DNA from: an uncultured virus (IMG/VR IMGVR_UViG_3300044634_004095)
Taxonomy: Duplodnaviria > Heunggongvirae > Uroviricota > Caudoviricetes
Direction: 5' to 3' (one strand)
Length of the DNA: 64,000 bases
Virus record (IMG/VR): IMGVR_UViG_3300044634_004095
Numbering within the stretch: the first letter of the stretch is position 1; each line of letters begins with the position of its first letter. This document shows, one piece after another, positions 58,374 to 64,000 of the stretch. The position numbers and the translations under genes were made by a program. The notes under the pieces were generated by a model. It had not been told where the DNA came from, did not search any database, and was given only the letters and a program-made list of their open reading frames with translations.

Positions 58374-59177
58374 TTATTTCCCGCCGTATATGGACCAGTT
58401 CCTAAGTCTTCCTGAGCTGTTTTCCATAATCCATTTGGCAACTTTTAGATTGCAGTCAACTTTAAGCAAAGCCTCAAGATCCCGACGAAATGAACCCGTG
58501 TCAACTTTGCAGACTTCACGAACAATTCTAACCCATGACGAGTTTATTTGCACTAATCCGCTGTCCCATGTTCCGTTGTTATTAAGCGTGTAGGTCAGTT
58601 GACCTTTGCTGTTCCAACGAGCATTAACTGCTTTTGGGTTACATTTACTTTCTCTGTAGGCAATGTACGAGAACACCTCCACGGGGAGTCCGTATTCCTC
58701 GAACTTTGCTTCCCATTTTGGGCAGCGTAAAGTCTTATCGCTAGGGAAACGTGGACCCGTTGATGTTTTGTACACAACTGCTGGAACATGCTTGATAGAC
58801 ATGTCACGGGTAGACAAAGCATATATATGAGCATTTCGTGTCTTCGATCCGTAGTACCCGTCTACTTTCACGTTCCAAAGCAGAATCTGAAGGTTTCTTA
58901 CGGATTCGCTACGTTCGCCAAACCTGTACGTCTTCCTAAGCGCTGCCTGTATTTTCGCTTCTCTTGTTTGCGTTTCGAGGCTCGCAGGGGAAGCTGGTTT
59001 AGCTTTAAAGGAAACATCACTGGATGGTGTGAGCGCTGGTACGCTCATCACCGCCTTCCCGCTTTGAGTTGTTGCCGAAACGCTCGGCGTGGCAACTCCA
59101 AGTACTAGTGCGGATAATGCGGTGGCCCATACTGTGGTTTGTTTCAATGTTTTTCCTAACGTCGGCGGATATGACAA
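58374..59177 (-). CDS. secreted lytic transglycosylase (SLT/lysozyme-like) with peptidoglycan-binding segment
   Basis: Signal peptide; VRNLQ..VDGYYGSKT; IAYRESKCNPKAVN...DSGLVQIN...CNLKVA. Confidence 0.75.
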   Translation of the reverse strand: MSYPPTLGKTLKQTTVWATALSALVLGVATPSVSATTQSGKAVMSVPALTPSSDVSFKAKPASPASLETQTREAKIQAALRKTYRFGERSESVRNLQILLWNVKVDGYYGSKTRNAHIYALSTRDMSIKHVPAVVYKTSTGPRFPSDKTLRCPKWEAKFEEYGLPVEVFSYIAYRESKCNPKAVNARWNSKGQLTYTLNNNGTWDSGLVQINSSWVRIVREVCKVDTGSFRRDLEALLKVDCNLKVAKWIMENSSGRLRNWSIYGGK

Positions 59178-59328
59178 TAAGCTTTTAGTAATAAGCTGAT
59201 TTATTTATTGTGAGAACCCCCGCCAAGGGGTTGATCAATTATATCAAATATCAAGCGTTTGGCAACTTGAAGAACTTTTTTTGTGAAAAATCACAACATT
59301 CTCCTTATTTTAAGCCATTTCGTAAAAA

Positions 59329-59589
59329 TTATTTTTCAGGGTCAATCACCATTCCAGTAAAATATTCGGTTGGATCGTAGAGTTTGACAGAGGCCACAAT
59401 TCGCTCAGGAGAGCTTTGCTCGATATCAAATTCTATTCCCATTGTCTCCATCATGTCGTCAACTATATCCTCAACGGCTCTTCTTGCATCGGGATTATCA
59501 TATTCATTGAAAAAGGTAATCGCTTCTGTCATCTTGTCTGACAGTAGTAATCGTAAATCTGCTGATGATGTTTTGTCCATGGTTGACAT
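59329..59589 (-). CDS. hypothetical protein
   Basis: 86-aa acidic ORF. Confidence 0.55.
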   Translation of the reverse strand: MSTMDKTSSADLRLLLSDKMTEAITFFNEYDNPDARRAVEDIVDDMMETMGIEFDIEQSSPERIVASVKLYDPTEYFTGMVIDPEK

Positions 59590-59646
59590 CCTAGTACATC
59601 GTGTGTATGATTACTTCCTACGTAAACATTTAAGGAGATGGAAATA

Positions 59647-60147
59647 ATGAACTTAGCACCAATAACATTAATTGGGAACTTGACTAGTGACCCAGAAATC
59701 ACATTTACAAGCTCTGGGCAGGCACGTCTGGCTTTCTCGGTAGCAGTAAACCACATCTGGTACGACCAAAATCAGGAAAAGCAAGAGAAGCCTAGCTATT
59801 TTAACGTTGTTGCGTGGCGATACCTTGCAGACAACTCTGCTAGAACCTTGGAAAAAGGAATTGGAGTCGTAATTGTCGGCCGTTTGGAACAGCGTTCCTA
59901 TGACGACAAAGAAGGCAATAAGCGCTCAGTTGTTGAGGTTATCGCAGAAGAAATAGGCATCGCAACAAAATCACTAGAGACCGTTACTCGGCGTACGGCA
60001 AAGGCTGGGGAAGGTGGTTCGCCACAAGGTGGTTCACCACGGTCAGCACAGCAGGGATCGGCGCAACGTCGTCAACGTCCAGCGATGTCCGGGGTTGCTT
60101 CTCTCATAAAGACTGAAGAAGAAGTACCGAGCGGTGATCCGTTTTAG
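59647..60147 (+). CDS. ssb: single-stranded DNA-binding protein
   Basis: ITLIGNLTSDPE...VVAWRYLADN...GRLEQRSY...EEIG; C-terminal DPF; AAGGAG SD. Confidence 0.93.
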   Translation: MNLAPITLIGNLTSDPEITFTSSGQARLAFSVAVNHIWYDQNQEKQEKPSYFNVVAWRYLADNSARTLEKGIGVVIVGRLEQRSYDDKEGNKRSVVEVIAEEIGIATKSLETVTRRTAKAGEGGSPQGGSPRSAQQGSAQRRQRPAMSGVASLIKTEEEVPSGDPF

Positions 60148-60170
60148 TAATAAATAAAATTTAAATATTA

Positions 60171-60215
60171 AAACGCTCGTCGTCTGTCCGAATCGTCAGA
60201 TGACGAGCGTTTTTT
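60171..60215 (+). terminator. Rho-independent terminator
   Basis: AAACGCTCGTCGTCTG/CAGATGACGAGCGTTT stem then T-run. Confidence 0.8.
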
Positions 60216-60315
60216 ATTGTGTAAAAATATTTTTGAAAGGTTGTTATTTTAAAATCTGTGTTGGTAATATTCACTTGTACTTACACCTTCAATACTAAAA
60301 TGCTAAGGAGAAAAA

Positions 60316-60591
60316 ATGACAGAGTACAGTAAACTCAAAGAAAAAGGAATGGGCAGGGGAAGGCCGAAACACACCGCAGAACAAAAGGCGGCTGCGGAAA
60401 TAAAAAATCGCGCAAGAACCGAATCTCGCCGTCGTGCCGTTCTGGTGCTAGTGGATAGGCACAGGGAAGAATTTCAAGATATTTCAGATGTTGAATTCTT
60501 GGCTTGCGTTAAAGAAATCGAGGCCGCTATGAACAAAGGGCAGCAAGCGAGCGCTTCGCCAAAAAAGTCCAGCAAGAGTACGCGCAAATAA
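60316..60591 (+). CDS. basic protein with AT-hook-like GRGRP
   Basis: AAGGAG SD. Confidence 0.65.
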   Translation: MTEYSKLKEKGMGRGRPKHTAEQKAAAEIKNRARTESRRRAVLVLVDRHREEFQDISDVEFLACVKEIEAAMNKGQQASASPKKSSKSTRK

Positions 60592-60607
60592 CTAAAACAA
60601 TCTAAAT

Positions 60608-60796
60608 CTATTCATTAATTGGCGGGGTCCCTATTTGGGTCTCGCCAATTTTTGCATCTAGTTGCCCTATGAGTTCATTCATGACAAGTATTGCATCAAG
60701 TTGTTTTTCGAAGTCACGACGTTGCTTTGCATGAATTTTATTAATATCTTCAAGTTGATCTTCCATTGGCTTGCTGTCGTCCATTGGCATAGGCAT
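60608..60796 (-). CDS. hypothetical protein
   Basis: TAATG coupling. Confidence 0.45.
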   Translation of the reverse strand: MPMPMDDSKPMEDQLEDINKIHAKQRRDFEKQLDAILVMNELIGQLDAKIGETQIGTPPINE

Positions 60797-60987
60797 TATA
60801 TTTGGTCCCTTTGTTTAATTATTTTTTTACCGTTTTTTTTATGCGTTTTTGACTTTGATCTTCCGTACTCTATTTCTAGCCAATCATCGAAATCTTCATA
60901 TGCTCCAGGGGAGGTTTTAATGTATCGCTCATACTCTGCAAGAAGTTCGATATATTCTTCGTCTGTTTCGTCGAAATAGCTTCCCAC
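60796..60987 (-). CDS. hypothetical protein
   Basis: GAGG SD. Confidence 0.5.
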   Translation of the reverse strand: MGSYFDETDEEYIELLAEYERYIKTSPGAYEDFDDWLEIEYGRSKSKTHKKNGKKIIKQRDQI

Positions 60988-60989
60988 TT

Positions 60990-61484
60990 TTATTTCCTCA
61001 CACTCCTTGAAGCCGACTCTGCAGCTCTTGTATTCTTTATGAATTGAGCTCCGGATCTACTCCCGAGAAGTTTTTTTCTATTTGTTGCTCGACGCTGAGC
61101 AGGAGTAAGGCGGCTCCAGGCTTTTGCTGGTAAATATCTTCTCGTTCCGCCCTTGCGAATAGCTGGCTTCCCGTCGCTTGTCGTCCATTTTTCTCGAGTC
61201 CATTTTTTCAATGATCGTTGAGTTTTCTTAACTCCACCCCTGTACCCGCCACCAGCTTTTCTGTACTCAATCGCTACAAGTTGAGCTTTTCTGGCTGACC
61301 ACTGCCCAGGCTTCCCACCTTTAGACCCGGCCATAATGCGCTTCTTGATTCTTTCTCGCACTTCTGGTTTCGTATAAGACATTTTTGCAGACTTGACAAT
61401 AAAATCCGGAGCATTATTTATAAAATCCGATGCTGACTGATCTACCCATGCTGGAGCATTCTCTGTCTGTGTTGTTTCACGCAC
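60990..61484 (-). CDS. DUF5872-like basic protein
   Basis: YTKPEVRERIK..IMAGSKGGKPGQWSARKAQL...YRKAGGGY; start GTG 61484 or ATG 61382. Confidence 0.7.
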   Translation of the reverse strand: MRETTQTENAPAWVDQSASDFINNAPDFIVKSAKMSYTKPEVRERIKKRIMAGSKGGKPGQWSARKAQLVAIEYRKAGGGYRGGVKKTQRSLKKWTREKWTTSDGKPAIRKGGTRRYLPAKAWSRLTPAQRRATNRKKLLGSRSGAQFIKNTRAAESASRSVRK

Positions 61485-61485
61485 T

Positions 61486-61734
61486 TTAGTTATCCTTTGA
61501 TTTTTTTTCAAGTCGCTTAACTTCCGTATCCATAATGCTTCTGATGGATATAGGAAGAGCTTTGTACCAAACGTAATTTCGTTGTATCCTTTTAATTGAC
61601 TCAAGCCTGGATTTTCCATTTTTAGGAATATTCATAATTTTTTGCAGAGAGTCCCAAGTCACGTCTCCTGGAATGTCAAGACCCCGATACTTGATCCAGT
61701 CTGAATTTTGTGGATTATTGTCTATGTTTATCAT
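61486..61734 (-). CDS. hypothetical protein
   Basis: IDNNPQNSDWIK. Confidence 0.55.
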   Translation of the reverse strand: MINIDNNPQNSDWIKYRGLDIPGDVTWDSLQKIMNIPKNGKSRLESIKRIQRNYVWYKALPISIRSIMDTEVKRLEKKSKDN

Positions 61735-61756
61735 ATAAATCTACAATCAGTTTACT

Positions 61757-61957
61757 CTAGTTTTTTACCGTGTTTTGCCAATCTGGTTCAATTAAGTCCC
61801 AGTTTGAGCGCATCAGTACATCGTCCATATCTACACTAATTTTTTTTCCATTCCCAAAGATTATGTGCCCAAATCTTTTCTTACCAAAAACTGTATCGAT
61901 TGTTTTATCGTAGTAAAGAGTATCTTTTCCTCTTTTGGCCACTAGGAGATTATTCAT
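61757..61957 (-). CDS. hypothetical protein
   Basis: AAGGA SD. Confidence 0.5.
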   Translation of the reverse strand: MNNLLVAKRGKDTLYYDKTIDTVFGKKRFGHIIFGNGKKISVDMDDVLMRSNWDLIEPDWQNTVKN

Positions 61958-61976
61958 TGTCGTCCTTTATTTGTTT

Positions 61977-64000
61977 TTACTCTAAAAAATTAGATTCGTC
62001 AATGTAGACGACTCCACTATTGTAATCTTGATCACTCAATGATATTTCCTCTTCAAATCTACGAACTGGCACCCCGAGTTTCTCTTGCATTTCAAGCTGT
62101 TGTTCTGCGGAAATCTCATCATCATCGCGCAGTAAGATGTAAGCAATGTCGTCTTTTGTAACCCCGCTTTTACCATTCCCTGGGTGAACTTGGGCCTCTA
62201 TGTAGTCAACTGCTGTTTTAATTTCTCCACCAAATATGTCATCATCTAAGTCTATGTACTGATCAGACATTGCCCTCATTCCAAATCCTGGAGCATTGAA
62301 TGATGACGCAGATGCCATTGTCGAAAGTGAGTCAACCTCAGAAACGGTAGATCTAGAATTTACGCTCGGCTTAAGAACTACAAGGAACTGCCCATACCCT
62401 AAGCCTATGTCCTCCATCTCTTCACCTATTCCTCCGTAGGTTGCGAAACCGTATATCGGACGCAGGCGAGGCTCCATCGATGGATGATAGCCGAACATCG
62501 ATACTTCTTGAGCAGCCCTGTAGCCAGGGTCGTATGCACCATTTGATCTTCCTGCTTCAAATTGAGAAAGTATTCTTCGATCGTCTCCAGTGCCATCAAA
62601 AATTTCTTCTAGCGCGTCCATGTCAAGAGCAATGACCACTCTGTCCTCTTTGAATGGACCTCGGCGCATTGTTCCGAATGTTTTAGGAACAAAATCAGAA
62701 TCTGTTAGCTGGAAGTAATAATCTGTAAGTCTTCTAGTCTGATTTATCATTTTTTCGATTAGTGACGATACTGTAACTCCCAATTCTTTAGCTTCTCTTT
62801 CTGCCCATAGCGTGCGCGTTGCAATAGTTGTTGCACGCTGGAGTAGTCCATTGGCAATGATGTCAGCTTCAAATTCGCGCAAGTCTGAATACTTTCTTTG
62901 CAATATTTCAAGCATTTTAATTTTAGATATCAATAACTGGCGCCTGACTTCACCAGTTATATCTGGAGTCCGAACGGAGGCATAAGGGTGTATTTGATTG
63001 TATTTGAAGTAAAATTTAAAATCTTTATTATTCAACAGTTCATCGATTAGTTCACCCATGGATTCGCCTATCTCCGGGTCTATTGTCTCGTTGAGTAGCC
63101 AAGAAAGTGGTCTTCCTTCGTTTTTTGCCACCTCTAAAGAATTTGTTGGTTTTCTGAAATCAGCATCTACTGATTTCTTACCTTCTTCAAGACCTAATCC
63201 AGCAATCACTCTTGCATTTGTATTCTTTATATGACTGTATATTTCACCAGATTTAAATCGGTTACGCCCAGTGTTTTCTCGTTTCCCACTGCCTGAATAC
63301 TCATCGCTACCGCTAGATAGTCTTGCTTCTGGAAGGTCGTATGTTCCCCAGTCAACGTCTCCTGATATGAATTTTCTTTCAATTTCGGCAAACTTGTCTG
63401 ATAGCGCAGAGGGCCCATTGGGAAGTTCATGTATCTGAGTAACAATTGCTTTTCTTTTTTTGCCGAGGGTTACGATCTCGGACTCATTTAGGCACCCCAT
63501 GCCGGTAAATGGGTTGGCTAGAATTTCCTCTATGGGAATATAGGTGAAATATATGTGTGGAACTTCTTCTTCTACTCCGGCCATGCGTAAATCTGCAAAA
63601 TCAAAAGCCGTATTTCGGTTAGTGGACCAAGATGAAATCGGTCTACTTTCAATCGAAGCCTCGAATAAGAGTGGTTCATTAGTTTCTGGAATTTTCGTTA
63701 TTCTTCTAGAATCGTAACCGGATTGTTCTACTGTCATAAGTGATCCACGATAAGCCGGGACATGTGTGATGCCTTTTGACTTATAGTATTCCTGCGTTGA
63801 CTGATACATCGATGAAATAAACTCTTGCAATACTTGCGCTTGAGAAGGGGTCAACTCTGGCGCAGAATCATATTTTTGTGATCCGTTTGAGATGATGTCT
63901 TCTTCTGCCAAGGTACGAAGAAATCCAGGCTTACTTAACGATAAAGCAGAAGATTGAAAAAGATCGGCCGTGGTTGCTGAAGGCTTTACTTGCCATCCTA
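61977..64000 (-). CDS. C-terminal part of a large multidomain protein with ADP-ribosyltransferase-like and DUF3626-like regions
   Basis: Frame open to window edge; YRG...SSWST...ESE (R-S-E pattern); SQFEAGRSNG...RPIYG...YG..VVLK...RST...YIEAQVH. Confidence 0.6.
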   Translation of the reverse strand, partial: GWQVKPSATTADLFQSSALSLSKPGFLRTLAEEDIISNGSQKYDSAPELTPSQAQVLQEFISSMYQSTQEYYKSKGITHVPAYRGSLMTVEQSGYDSRRITKIPETNEPLLFEASIESRPISSWSTNRNTAFDFADLRMAGVEEEVPHIYFTYIPIEEILANPFTGMGCLNESEIVTLGKKRKAIVTQIHELPNGPSALSDKFAEIERKFISGDVDWGTYDLPEARLSSGSDEYSGSGKRENTGRNRFKSGEIYSHIKNTNARVIAGLGLEEGKKSVDADFRKPTNSLEVAKNEGRPLSWLLNETIDPEIGESMGELIDELLNNKDFKFYFKYNQIHPYASVRTPDITGEVRRQLLISKIKMLEILQRKYSDLREFEADIIANGLLQRATTIATRTLWAEREAKELGVTVSSLIEKMINQTRRLTDYYFQLTDSDFVPKTFGTMRRGPFKEDRVVIALDMDALEEIFDGTGDDRRILSQFEAGRSNGAYDPGYRAAQEVSMFGYHPSMEPRLRPIYGFATYGGIGEEMEDIGLGYGQFLVVLKPSVNSRSTVSEVDSLSTMASASSFNAPGFGMRAMSDQYIDLDDDIFGGEIKTAVDYIEAQVHPGNGKSGVTKDDIAYILLRDDDEISAEQQLEMQEKLGVPVRRFEEEISLSDQDYNSGVVYIDESNFLE

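Overview
A 64-kb segment of a large dsDNA bacteriophage genome, most likely infecting Actinomycetota. Host evidence: WhiB, actinobacterial-type SSB, many leaderless genes, and an LPETG sortase-type protein. Left arm (1-17 kb): glyco/methyl-modification genes, two surface-type proteins, an M15 endolysin with holin-like genes, a phosphoesterase, an Ntn peptidase, WhiB, and a G39P-like helicase loader plus initiator-C-terminal pair beside an AT-rich candidate origin. A putative two-hairpin sRNA with an anti-Shine-Dalgarno loop also lies here. Centre (about 17.9-36.1 kb): the most striking feature, a field of about 30 small, mostly unknown genes, most with their own promoter from one conserved family, separated by a stereotyped four-part repeat system. 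By eye count: box A TTACATTATCCTTTAGT about 40+ copies; box B RCATTATCNCAACACGCCCCCG about 13-15; dyad D AGCCCCG-N16-18-CGGGGCT 14; polar box C TCCRCCACCGTCAA 12. Right arm (36-64 kb): HARP/SNF2 helicase, DUF932, carbamoyltransferase, GT32, ThyX, sulfotransferase, 2OG oxygenases, two AUA-decoding tRNA-Ile genes (CAU and UAU), thioredoxin, SLT lysozyme-like protein, SSB, and a large truncated protein with ADP-ribosyltransferase-like motifs. All calls come from motif recognition and manual reading; no database searches were run and counts may be off by a few.
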